The position numbers were made by a program, and so were the translations under genes. This document shows positions 36,602-48,939 of a stretch of DNA of 64,000 nt, piece after piece (positions within the stretch are counted from its first letter, which is position 1; every line of letters begins with the position of its first letter). The notes beneath the pieces are model-generated. The model was not told where the DNA came from. It saw only the letters and a program-made list of their open reading frames with translations, and did not search any database. This DNA is from Haplodiscus bocki (Eukaryota). The DNA is taken from positions 117,614,001-117,678,000 of the forward strand of contig OZ296651.1 in assembly GCA_965655095.1 (NCBI GenBank), in the 5' to 3' direction.

Positions 36602-37612
36602 CTATCGTACGTTGTTCGGATTGTTAGGAGCACCGACGTTAGTATTCGCATGTTGCAAAGCTGGGGGCTCATTGCCAATATTGGCGTTGCATGGCACAAT
36701 GTTGTATTTCAAGTTAAAAGGCACTTCAACGGCAGGCGTAATTTTGCAAATGCGGACACGTTGTACGTTTTGTGCAAGATTTTCGTCTGTGGATCCACTT
36801 TTGTAAAATCCACATACCTGCCAACCACCATTCTCATTTACAAATTGGGACACCTGGTTAACAGCAATCCGCAGTTGTTGCGAATCGATTGATGCATATG
36901 AACTTCTAATAATTGCTTCGCTGCAAAACAGTTTTGTCAGGTTAAGACTTTGTATCATTTCTCCCGTGAGGGAATCTTCGTCTTCATTTTCGATGTCACG
37001 ACTGACAATTCGGGCGCACATTACCCAAGCTGAAACAGGAGATTTCTGTATACAGGGGCATACAGAGTCAATTCGTTTTTCTCGTCTGTCACACATGAAG
37101 CCTGAGCAAGTTGGAGCTACAGCACCTGCTTGTAAGAAGGTGAGGGGTCTGTTTGGCAAGCAAAAGTGAAACATTGCTGTCGTTGATGGGTGGAGATATA
37201 TGGGAATTGGCAACAATGGAATATTGTTAACCACGACTTCCAAAGGAAGAAAGACATGAAAAATTGGATTACTGCGGTCATTGCCGAGACAAGAGTTCGA
37301 GAACACAGGTTCTTTTACGTCCACAATTGACCCTACTGTTAACAGAGTGTCCCCGAACAAAAAATAGCTTTTCTGTGCAGACTCCGCAATCACAGCAAAG
37401 CATTCTTTTGAATTGATCTCGCCTAGTATGACTAATCGATCATAGCTGGTATCGAGGGCACCTCTCTTGTTTTTGATATTTTGCGGTCTAAACAACTGCA
37501 AAGGTTTGTCGTATTTCTTAATTACTAGAACGATACCTCTGACGAATGTATTTTCGCTTCGACGCAAAAAATTTGGTGCTGTTACTTGGGAGGTGTTCAC
37601 TTGAGTTGTCAA
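36602..37612 (-). CDS. Element-borne uncharacterised protein (336 aa), B2 copy
   Basis: One internal amino-acid difference from B1 (D to Y); first codon is TTG rather than ATG. Confidence 0.75.
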   Translation of the reverse strand: MTTQVNTSQVTAPNFLRRSENTFVRGIVLVIKKYDKPLQLFRPQNIKNKRGALDTSYDRLVILGEINSKECFAVIAESAQKSYFLFGDTLLTVGSIVDVKEPVFSNSCLGNDRSNPIFHVFLPLEVVVNNIPLLPIPIYLHPSTTAMFHFCLPNRPLTFLQAGAVAPTCSGFMCDRREKRIDSVCPCIQKSPVSAWVMCARIVSRDIENEDEDSLTGEMIQSLNLTKLFCSEAIIRSSYASIDSQQLRIAVNQVSQFVNENGGWQVCGFYKSGSTDENLAQNVQRVRICKITPAVEVPFNLKYNIVPCNANIGNEPPALQHANTNVGAPNNPNNVR

Positions 37613-39056
37613 AGTCTGAAATCAAAAGTGGTTGAAGCTGCCTGAGAATTGAACAATTGGAACATTCAAAACCATGCTTTTTCCTTTTTTAAAGATTCTG
37701 TGAACGCATTTTCCTATAAGGTTCAATGAAGTCAACAGGCAAGTAATTTTGGTTTCAAGCATTTAATCCAGTGAATTAGCGCTATTGCTTCAAGTAAAGC
37801 AACCTGTTTTTCAAAAAAGCATGACAAGTTTCTCAATTATTCACATTTCTCAAATCTTCTTTATCATTAAGTTTATTTCATCGAAATGTTATGTTACATT
37901 TACAGTTATCTTACTGTTCAACGCATCACGCTTTATCGATCAGTAACACTCAAGGCAAAAGAAAAAAAATGGTGAGCAATGCATTCAAATACATCGTTAT
38001 TACATCGGTTTTTTTCCTGTCTACAAAACTTGTAGAAAGTTAAGGATTATAAATTATATCTTCATTGCAGATGTTCGACAACTGAAGTTTAATACGAGCT
38101 CAAAGCTGCACAATGTTTGCTATAACGTTTTTTGCGAATATAAGAACAAACATTTCAAAAGAAAACTTTATTCAAAATAATATGAACAATCCTTGTAACA
38201 GCATGGCCGAGGTTAGTTGATCACTTTCGAAATTTTAAACTACCAAAAGTTTTTAACAAACAATGTAACTATGGAGTACACTATTTCAGCGAAAACATGA
38301 AGGAATTGTGACGACTCATAGCGGACGGCGACCATTAAAAAAATGTTCCAATGACAACGAAGCATCAAAAATTCAAAGAGGTACAGATCACCATGCGGTT
38401 GAACTCCTTACAACGTCATCACAAACCAACTTTAAATTGAATGAGGCATGAAGACAAAGTTTAAAATAATAAATATGTTGTAATGTACGCCAAAATGCAA
38501 GGTGTGTGGAACAAAAAAAATTCAAAACTTCAAAGAAGTAGAGGCCACCATGCGGTCGAGCTTTTTTACAATTTTATCACTGACAAATTACAAATCGAAG
38601 AGGACACGAAAACAAAATTAAAACACTGTCCTAGCGGCGTCAATTGGCCAAGATTATTGGAAACCAAAAAAGCACCTTTGTTTGTTTTTAATGGTACCAC
38701 CAAAAAAAGTTTCAAAATTGTGTCATCATGAAAAAACTACCAAGAGTATTCGAAACATAGGTGCAACGACCAAGATTGTAATTCCATTTTCCAGAAATGT
38801 CCAAATGAAGCCTACAACAACACAGGGCCGGATCTTCACCACTTCCAGTGGACGTAGCGGTTTTTGCGATGGGAGAGTCTCCTGATTGAGTATCCTAAAC
38901 GACATTGGTGTTAGAATGGAAGTTTATGGAAAAAACGTAAACCTTCTATAGGTAAATTCCAAAGAGTTTAAAGCTAGAAACATTCAATTGCTGGAAAGTT
39001 GATATCAACCGCAAATTACTGGAATCAATACTGTTTTTCAACATCTTAATGTACTG

Positions 39057-39809
39057 CTAGACACATTTGTTACCTAAAATCCGTCTTTTTATAATCCACA
39101 GGATGTTCGTCACGCCGTGCTGAGACAGATGCACTCCGTCTTTAAGATTTCTTTCAGATGACATCTTAGATGACACGGAAACGTAAGTGTAGTGTCCAAT
39201 GGATGTTCGCAGCATTCGGTTTATTTCTTTCACTGCAAGGAAGTACGGTCGGCTTCGCATTACTAAGCCCAGGCAGTATACTTTGTCGCATTTTCTCTCG
39301 GCAATTCTCACAAGGTTCAAGATATCAAGGAACACCTAACAATAAAACAACAAAAGCAAATGAAGTACTGTTGAGATATTAAAAACACAAAGTTACGGTT
39401 CAATTATAGTTTGCAAGTAGCACCAGTTAAAGTACCAGTAGAAAGACTTACTATTGAAAACAACGTTTTCCTAGATTTTTACTAAACGTACTTCAATAAA
39501 GGGTTTAACAATACACAAAAACGTTCCAAATTTTACTAGCGTCTAATTTGATTTTGCAAACAGTAACCCCATGAACCATCACTTAAGCTTTACCTGTTCT
39601 GGACTTTCAGCTGGACGCCGGCCCCAATTGGAAAGGCCATTCCCTCCAATGAAAATTGTAATGGATTGGAAGCGGCGCCGCAAATTTTCCAGGAAACTCG
39701 TTACACGTCGGTCCGCCGCTCTGGCGCCAGGAAAACTTTTAACTGCCAAATTTTCAAGCACACCTTCCAGTTGTACGCCCAGAGAGTCGGTTATGATCAA
39801 ATGAGCCAT
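39057..39809 (-). CDS. SGNH/GDSL hydrolase, two exons (39809-39594 and 39335-39057)
   Basis: Copy of 22018-22770 with intact motifs and splice sites. Confidence 0.85.
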
Positions 39810-40386
39810 AATGATGTGGAAGCACTGTGAAAAACGTTGGTTTCTGCAGCTTCAGGTATCATCCCCGAATACGGGGATACAGTAACAAGAGTGCTTCAAT
39901 CAACAATGTCAAAATTCGTCATTTAACGTATGATTATATTTTTTTCCCGAAAAAACTTGAAAGTTAGCTGATTTCTATTGTCCAAAATTAACGGCGCTTT
40001 TTTAAATGGACTCTTTCTAGTGCTTCCAAAATCAAAGTCCATCAAATCAGGTTCAGTGAAAGTCAATCCCATCAAACTAATGAATTAAACAGACACAGAC
40101 AAGTGATTAGCAACAAATCATCTCAACTGCAAAATAGATAATGCAACACTATGCAGTCGAGGCATTATATTTTCCAGCAAAAAGGTTGATGTTGCTGCAC
40201 GTGCTACTTGGTACATCACTCTGCAGCCGATGCGGTTGCAGCATAACATAAAGAGAAATTCACCATTGCATCACTATGCAGTCGATGCGTATGGCTGTCA
40301 AGGCAAGGAAGTTTGTGTGCAAGTAAAACAATTATCTCAAACTAATCCATAAGTTTTTGGGCAGCTTTCTCCTAAAGTACGACTTT

Positions 40387-43300
40387 TCAAGACACAGTTG
40401 ATGACCTGCAGCACACTACTAGTTTCAAATCATCTTCTTTGTATAGCCAATTTTTTGCGACAATTTCCCCCAAATTGATAGCTGTGGGAAGTGATACATT
40501 TTTCTTTTTTGCGTTGACGTAGTGTGTTGCCGCATTCAGCCACTCCTTCTCGAATGCTCGGATTCTCTCTGAAGCATTAATCGAATTGAAACCAGTAACA
40601 TAAGCACAAACCATCCAGGGCAAACGATTTTGTACCTTGGTGAAGGAGGAACCCAGTCCTGCATTGTGCTCTCGCAAACGACGCACTAACGACATAGTGG
40701 AGCCAATGTACAGAAGGTGCTGCTGTGGTTCACTTTGGAACAAGTAACAGAAGCCCACATTTTGAACGGGTAGTTCTCTCATTGAAGGGGGAAAAGGAGA
40801 TGCTCTTGCATGATCAATTGTAGGGTCACCAGCGGAACTTTTAGTCAAAATTTCATTCGTGAGTTCAGCCCATTGCGAATTTTTGCAGACTAAATCCAAG
40901 ACTGCTCGTTTGTTAGATTCCTTCGATCCAACAAAAGTCACCTGATTCAGACTTCTTACTCGACTCATTACAACATAGAGTTGTTCGGGAAGCCACAAAG
41001 CGAAGTCTTTCGATCCAACTATTTGGGTTGCGACCATCGGAAGCGTTTCACCCATTGTCTTATGAATGGTTGACGCAACAAATAATTTTAGTGGAAACTG
41101 GATTCGTCTGCAAACCGTTTTGTGGTTTAATCGGTAGGTAACACCAGTTTCTTTGCCGATAACAACACAACGCCATTTGTTTTTGATCACAACAAGCGGT
41201 GGAATACTTCGGCAACCAGCTGGTGCTAGAGCAATTGTCACAGAGCCATTCTCAATTGTATCCAAAGAAAGCAGAACACAGAGTTGACCCTGATACGCGG
41301 ATATAGATGGCATGTTCACTGTTAGTCGTAAAATGGCTCCGGGGTACAGAAACAACGACTGGGGTTCAAGACACTTTTTGTTGAGAAATTTTGATAAACT
41401 TGGCGACGCCTCGGTCCAGTTGTCAGTGCTTGAAACGCACATTTCATCAATTGCCGCATTTTCATAAAATTGGGTACCGCTGTTTTTAACATCGATTATT
41501 TTGTCTTCAGTTGCTTTACGTTCTGCTTGTCGAGTGGCAAAAATTCGAATTCTATCATTCGGCACGTCTTTCCATGAATGGACAAAATTGCAACCTTTAT
41601 CGATAATTTCCCAGATACGCCTCGCATTGCCGTCAGTTTTTGGAGTCGCTGACAACAAAGACAACAGTTCTTGGCCATTTTTGTTTTGCATGCGAACGAA
41701 ATTTTCCAGTTTGAGAAAAGTGAACGTTGTGAGAGGAAAAGAAGAACTCATCAAACAAGATCCTGATGGTGAAGGAAGTTGGAAGAAATCTCCGGTTGCA
41801 ATAACAAGTTTCCCACAGAATGGAACATAATTTGCTGTGATAACCTGAAGCACATAATCCGTGGCAGCCCAAAGTTCGCTAGAAATCATTGACAATTCCT
41901 CCACGAAAAGAACGTGTAGATTTTGCAGAAAGCGGCTCTTAATAGGAGATCGTTGTAGGTTGGACAGGGCTGTTCTCGAGAGCGATTCTGCAGAAGCGTG
42001 TTTTTCCACTGGAAATGGGATGAGGGCATTCAGATGTTTTCCAGCCAAAGCGGCAGATCTTTCAGCAGCCAAAGATGTCACTACACAGTTGAGACCTTGG
42101 CATAAAGCATATGCAAGCGATTTTAGCACAACGAAAGTTTTCCCACTTCCTGGAGGTCCAAAGACAATTTGATGCCTGATGAAACTGCAAAGTCCTTCTT
42201 TATAAATGTCGAAGGAACTCAACAGTTTGTTTAATACACTCTTCTGTTCCGTATAAGAGTTTCGACATTGATCCGGGCTTTTCTGAATGACTGGTTTCCA
42301 AGGTAAAGGGACGGTGATGGTTGCATCTAGCATCGCCTGCTCAGTAGGTAATTGTTTCTGACAAGTGTGAAGAAAAGCTACCATTTTGCATTTTTCCATA
42401 CTGATTTGCACTGCTAGTGATTCTTCGTATTCTTCAATGACACTTCTGTCCAGCACAGGCGGTAGCGCAGCAGCGAAATAAAGGCTGTTTACTAACAGAG
42501 CCTCTGAAAGAACACTGTGAGCCATTAAAAGGTATTTGTCAATTAGTTTCGAGGACCCAGGTACAAAACGCAGCTGTTTCAGCAAATAATTCCGTGTTAA
42601 ATTTTGCACGGTCTTGGCGTTTATGTTACAGCTTGGAATAATTTTAGCTGTTGTGAAAGCTTCTTTGAAAGACTGCACGTTCAGAATGTCCATCTCTGTG
42701 TCAAATTCTCCATTAGTCAAGAGCACATGTAGTAGAAATTTAGTTGGGTTATTCGGCAAAACGTTACTGAAAACAACCACGGCATCTTCTTCGGACAACT
42801 GCTTCCAGTGAGCAACAAATTGTGATGCTTTTTTCGTCACAAGCAACGGAACAATGTGTATTCTCATTTCGCGTTTTAGAATCCCATCCCGTCCATCGGT
42901 ACCATTTGCACGACAGAAATTTACGAAAGCGTCCACTGAACAAGGGCGTAGTTTAACCAAATACCCCAATGCATCAACCCAACAACTTCTGCGGAAGCTT
43001 CTCTTCAAGAACACTTCATGATTGCTGATGGATTTTTTTGTTTGCGGTTTACAACGAACAAACCAACTGTAGTAATTTTTTAACTTCGAGACAAACAAAA
43101 GTTCAGGTAGGCGGAGTCCAAAAACTGTTACTTTGTCTGGCGAAATAGAGCTGTTTTCAACATCTGCAAGAAGAAAACTTTGTGTTCTTGTGAACTGCCG
43201 GTGCTTTGGAAGTTGTAAAACTTGTTTCCGAACTCGGATTCCTTCCATAAACGTGGCGCCCAACTTAATTTTATTGCTAAAGCGTTTTTCAGTGATAATT

Positions 43301-46300
43301 CCAGATCGATTTTCTTTGGGAACAGTTGGCACGTGAACAAAATCGACATTTGTGCAGACATAAGGAAGCTGTAAGGACCACCAGAGACACTCTGTTATGC
43401 TGACCACACGACCAGTTACCGATTTTTGTTTTTCATCGCCTCTCATTTTCTTTTGCGAAGCCTGTACCCCAGCTATTTTTTCATGTGCGATTGGTTCTGT
43501 TAAAACTTTGACACTATTTTCTGTTTCACCAGCAACAATTTTGGCAACTGCTCGAGATTCAATGCCGGCTGCATATTTTGCAACGTAGCGGGGGGCCATG
43601 TAGTCGTCACATATTTGAACATTGGTGCTGGATTGTGTCAAAGCAAAAAGAGCAGCGTTCGTTGGTGAATAATGTTCGTTAGAAACAGTGGGATAATGAT
43701 GTTTTCCGGCCGTTAAAGGATCTTTCACTTTTGGGAATAGCGAGTTTTCATCTATGTCTGCCAGTTCCATTTCTCGCAGAAGTCCCATTGTTTCGCAGGA
43801 AAAGTTCACAGGAATTTCCTTGAAAGAAAAACAATTCGAAGGAGGATATTTAGGTACACGACAAATTGGTTTGTCCAGCCTGTCTGTCTTCTTATGGCAA
43901 CGTTTACGGCCTTTCGAACAGTTATGGGTTTGATACTTTTGGTAAAGTTCACCCAGTTGGAAACGTTCGACTGCGTTCAATTCGGGGCAACTGACTTCTA
44001 AGCCACACAAAAACGTTTGTTTTGAACAGCAAACTCGAGATCGTACATCATCACTAAATTTATCTTCTGGTGTGCACAATATAGCATGCAAGTGTGGAAA
44101 GCCAGCTGTCTCTTCTTGCCATTCGTAACTCATCCAAATATGAGACACAGGACCAAGTGGTTCTTCTGGTGAATTTTTCACCCATTCCATTACATATTGA
44201 GAGGCGCGGTACCAAGACCTGAGCATGGGCATGAGCTCAGCTTGAATTGCTGCTGCAAGTACTTCCTTTGGAGTGGTTTCTGCGGGATACATTTCATGCA
44301 GTGCTTCAAAGATTTTGCGAATCCCCGGGTGGGTCGATTGACTACAAGTGTATGTCACAAAGTGGGTTGGATTTTTGTCTCTAATCAAAGCCGCAAGTTC
44401 GCAGACATTTTTTCGACTTTCAGCACAATCAAACTTGAAAGTTTGAGTCGAAAGAAAAGAGCAATTATGAGGAACCGAATTAACTTCTTGCCATCCTCGA
44501 TTTAGTATTATCCTAATGTCACTTTTATGAAGCTGCATGTTCAAGAGGCAATCAAACACATACTGCAAATAAGTAGGATTGCAAGATGTCAAAAGAGAGC
44601 CGTCCTTGATTCGAGTTCGAAGCATGTCATCCAAACCGGCGAAACCCAGCTGTTTGTTGTACTTGGATGAATTGTATAAAGCCGTTGGTATTGCTCCTGG
44701 AAAACTGCCGCTGCTAGCTTGACACCAAAAAATCGATGGAAAAAGAAGAGCTTCGGGTTGAATGAGCGGTAATGCAGACGTCGAAACAGCTGAAATATTT
44801 TCCAGGAAACGTTTTTCTTTCAGAGAAAGGCTGATTGGATTCCCGTTACGTCGATAAAGAAGATTGCATTGTGAGTTTAAAAGAATATGGAGCGGTAGTT
44901 TGAAGGCATCTTCTTTTCGTTCAAGATCCACGGAAATCAGTTTTTCATCTGAGTTGGTTTTTAATGTAGCCATTATTCTCAAGTTGTCATCTTCGAATTC
45001 TTCGTCATTTGTTTCCGGATGAACAATATAACTGACGGACGAACTGTTGCTTAATGCAATGTCAAGCGTTTCTGCTGCCGCATCTGGTTGAATTGGTTCA
45101 TTTGCAGGCATGCTGTTGGGCTCAATAAAATCCCGTGACGAAGATGATTCCGATACCAGAGAAGGGGAATTAGTTTTATTTAACTTCTCCAACGGTACTG
45201 AATCAATTAAAATACGTCTGTGTTGCTGCTGTAGACCTTCATTGAAGTGACGCTTGCAAACGCAAGAGTAGCACTGCAAATGCGGGCAGCGCAAAAACGA
45301 TGCACGATTACATCGACATTGGAAACCACTGTTTCTGAAATCTCTTGTTAAAGGAATTGTGTGATGTGCACAAATAAAAATATCCTGACCTGTCAAAGTG
45401 CTCAGAAATTTCCACTTCAAATCAATCAATTCAACATTTCTTGACCTTTGATAAATTGAAATTGTCCAATAACCCCGAATGAAAGTTTCCAGGGCATCAG
45501 TCGGAGAGCCTTCTGTTTTTGTGGCAAATTTTTTACTTTTCTCAATGAGCCAAAACCCCTGAAACCTCCCTCCATGTCTAACCAACCACCTCGGTTCTCC
45601 CTTGCTGCTTCCATCCTTCGTTCCAACTGCAATCAATTCGAATTCATTGTCGGAAATAATCAGGGTTAACGGTGGTTTCACCTTGTTCCGCAAATTTTTT
45701 GGGGAACCTGTCGTAAAAATGGCATGAGTCATGTTGTACGAAACTTGCTCTGGTGTGGCTGAACCGATATTCTTCCGTTTGTTTAAGGGAACGTGTTGAA
45801 TGGTGTCACAAATTTCTGAAAGAAACCTTGCTCCTACAAAACAACAACAGTCGGTTGTTCCCTCTGTTTTGTCATCAGTGTTAGTTTGTTCTATGACAGC
45901 TGAAACTGCTTGTTCGGATTTTCTAACAAGCCATAAAACTTTTGCTGTATTCATTCTTGCGGTGCCAAGCAACACTTTCCTGAGTAAAGTGAACAAAGGC
46001 CTAAGTGTCACACTGTATTTTGATGAGTTCACTAAGGATCGACAAAGTATTGGGGAAACACAAACTGCAGCCTGCACAATCCACGATACTGTGCTTACTC
46101 TATTTTCCAGAGGAGGTGGAGAGCAGCCGTAATCATCATTCCCATGAACGAGAGTGTAACAACTCAACGACTCAACATTGTTGAGATATTCTTTTTCATT
46201 CATTTCCACTATTTTCGTGAGGTCCAGGCATGTTTGTAAGTCTATTGAAGTGGCCTGTGACAAACAACTGTTGACTTTCTTTTTGTCCGGTACATAATCC

Positions 46301-48456
46301 AGCATTCCCGAAGCTACGTCATCAAGGATTTTACCCTGTCTTACCCACTCACGAATCATTGTTTTGATGTCTTCTCTGAAATGACAAGCGACGCCTTCAG
46401 CATGATACAAAATGTCACTAGTGAAATCCCAGCGCGTTTTCCGCTTCAATCGGACTGTGCTCAATCCACTGTAAGAGCCAACACTTCTTAGCAATTGGTA
46501 CGTATGACTGGCGAAGTTGGCTTTTATGCTTGAGATGAACGACAATGTGGGTGCGATGGCACTAAGACGTTCTTCATAATTCACTGTAGTTCGCACCAGC
46601 GAAGTATGTGATGGCGGATGAAAGTACTGCACACTGGAGACTCTTGAGTGCCTGGAGCAAGCCTGAACCACGAGTCCCGCTTTTTCATCAACTCGCACTG
46701 TAGTCGCTACTAAGAACTGGCGCAGGGACACAAATGGTGTCAAAAAGTCGGACCTAATTCCTCTTAGATGCAGGAAGCTGGAGGACTGAAACGAGGTAAA
46801 GTTTCTTTCAAAAAGATTGATGAAGTGATTTGCGGGTATCCAACCTGATTCTTCAATGAAACACCAGCACCCATATGGGCAGCGGACGTTGGGATAAGGT
46901 TCATTGTCCAGGGCAAGAGCAATGTTAGTCTGCTTCAAGGTTTTCATGAGTTCGTGGAAACGACGCAAACGAAGCGTCCCATCAACGGAACATTTCCCAG
47001 CAATCCGTTTCCGACTTAGACATCTTTGAACGCACAGGGGAAAGTAGTGCATGGATGTCATCCACTGCTGTCTCAATTCCCAAGGTAACAAAGACAAAAT
47101 ATCCATTTGGGTTCTAACTGGCATGTCTTGATCACTCAATAGGCTGAAAAACACAGAGGGCCAAGCATTGTACCAATCATAACTTTCGGTTGTGCAATAG
47201 AGAAGACAGAGCTTACATAAAACAACAATGGGCTCCGTTAGCTTGTTTCCAAACACACGGTTTTTAAGATCAAATTTATTCTTCCTCTTCAACTTTAAAG
47301 GGTAAAGAACTGTTGACTGGCGCATGCATTTTGCGCAACAGTCACATCCGCCCAAATTGGGGCACTCGCCGTTCGTGTGCATATTTCCTGAAACACTATC
47401 TGTTGGGGAAAAGTCAAAACATGGGGGTTCCAGCATTTGTGAACAATCGTTCTTTGGGAGGTTCGTTGAATTTGTTGATAATGTTTCCAAGGCCGAAAGT
47501 TTCTTCATTTTGGTAGATACAGAATTGGCGAAGAGACTTAATGCGAGCGGGTCAGGGTGCTCTTCCCAGGTGTAATCAGAATTGACTTTGCTTTTTTTCG
47601 AAGCTGGTTCAGTTTCAGTTCCTTAGCAGTTCTGCAAGGCTTGACTCCAATGATTAGTTTCGCTTGATTGAGAAGGAGGGCGATTAATTGATGCAACTTG
47701 CGATAAGCTGGAGCTTTCAGGACCAATTGAAACCAGCTCTGTTATCACCTCGAAGTGATTTGCATTCCGGTTTTGTTGAATGAAAATTCCTTTTCTATTT
47801 ACGTTGGAGGAACATTCATAAATCATCCAGGATTTGAATGGAACATGGTACAAAAAAACATCTACTTTGAAGATTTGGCAAAATGAATATATTTCTACAC
47901 AGCTTCCAAAAACACCATTTTCTGCCATTCTAGATTCGCGGAGGTACTCATCGACGGAAGTACAACTCAAAACACGATGTTGGTTGGGAAAGTCATCGGA
48001 GTAAACAGATGTTTGCAGGCTATTAGGGGGGAAACTGATTAAATTCATGTGGCTGACAATAATGTTACGTATGATTGGGCCACATTCATGTGACAGTCCC
48101 AGAGCAACTGCCAGAGAAGAAAAAAGGCAATTACCGTCCCCAAGCACTGCTGTTACCCGGACTGGCTGCATGGAGCAGATAACTCTATCGTTTCCGATAG
48201 CTGTTTTTGTAGGCTTTAAAAAGTCCATCAACCCCAAAGTGTTCAGCGAGCTGTGTATCTCCGTTCTCGCGGTAGGTGACACAGCAACTGATGCATCGGG
48301 AATTTTGTATAAAATTCCTAAAAGCTCGTTGACCTGAAGTTCCAGCTCAATTGATTTTGCACACACATGATGTTCTCCAACAAATTGTCCACAGGAAGTA
48401 CAACGACGACGCTTCAAGTTTCCTTTGTTGTTTTGTTTTGACATTGTAAAACACAA
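40387..48456 (-). pseudogene. OTU-Rep-helicase-GIY-YIG polyprotein, unit B2, single nonsense codon
   Basis: TAA at 47623 (GAA in B1) separates the 277-aa OTU part from a 2373-aa open frame holding Rep, helicase and GIY-YIG. Confidence 0.9.
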
Positions 48457-48705
48457 CAGACATTAATTCAGTGGGATCATGACTATATGAAAAAACAAGA
48501 TGTTACAATACAAACACACGTTGAAGAATTAGCAGGGAAATTCGTATAATAGGTAAATACATCAAATTGTCGTTTGAGCGAAGTCTTTTACGGTTCAATT
48601 ACAAACCGTTGCCTGCCTAATTAAATTTCAGGTTCGATGCCGCGAAAAAGATAAGGCAGTACTGTAAAAAATCATAATTCAATTCCAACCATTCATAAAC
48701 CAGAC

Positions 48706-48743
48706 GCCTTGGTTTTGCGAACGCACAGGAGCAAAACCAAGGC
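48706..48743. promoter_or_regulatory. Perfect 13-bp inverted repeat upstream of polyprotein (B2)
   Basis: Identical to 31667-31704. Confidence 0.75.
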
Positions 48744-48939
48744 TTCCTCAGCAGTTTTATTGACTTCAATCGAACACAACGTAATTTTTCAGTTTCACAA
48801 AACACTTAGGAACTTGAAAACTTTTTGCAAAAAATGGCAACAAGTAACTGAAGTTGGGTAAATTAAGACCCAACAAAGTTTTCAGAGGTTCGTAGTCTTT
48901 TTCACTGGTGTAAACCAGGCATCAATTCAATTCAGTTTT

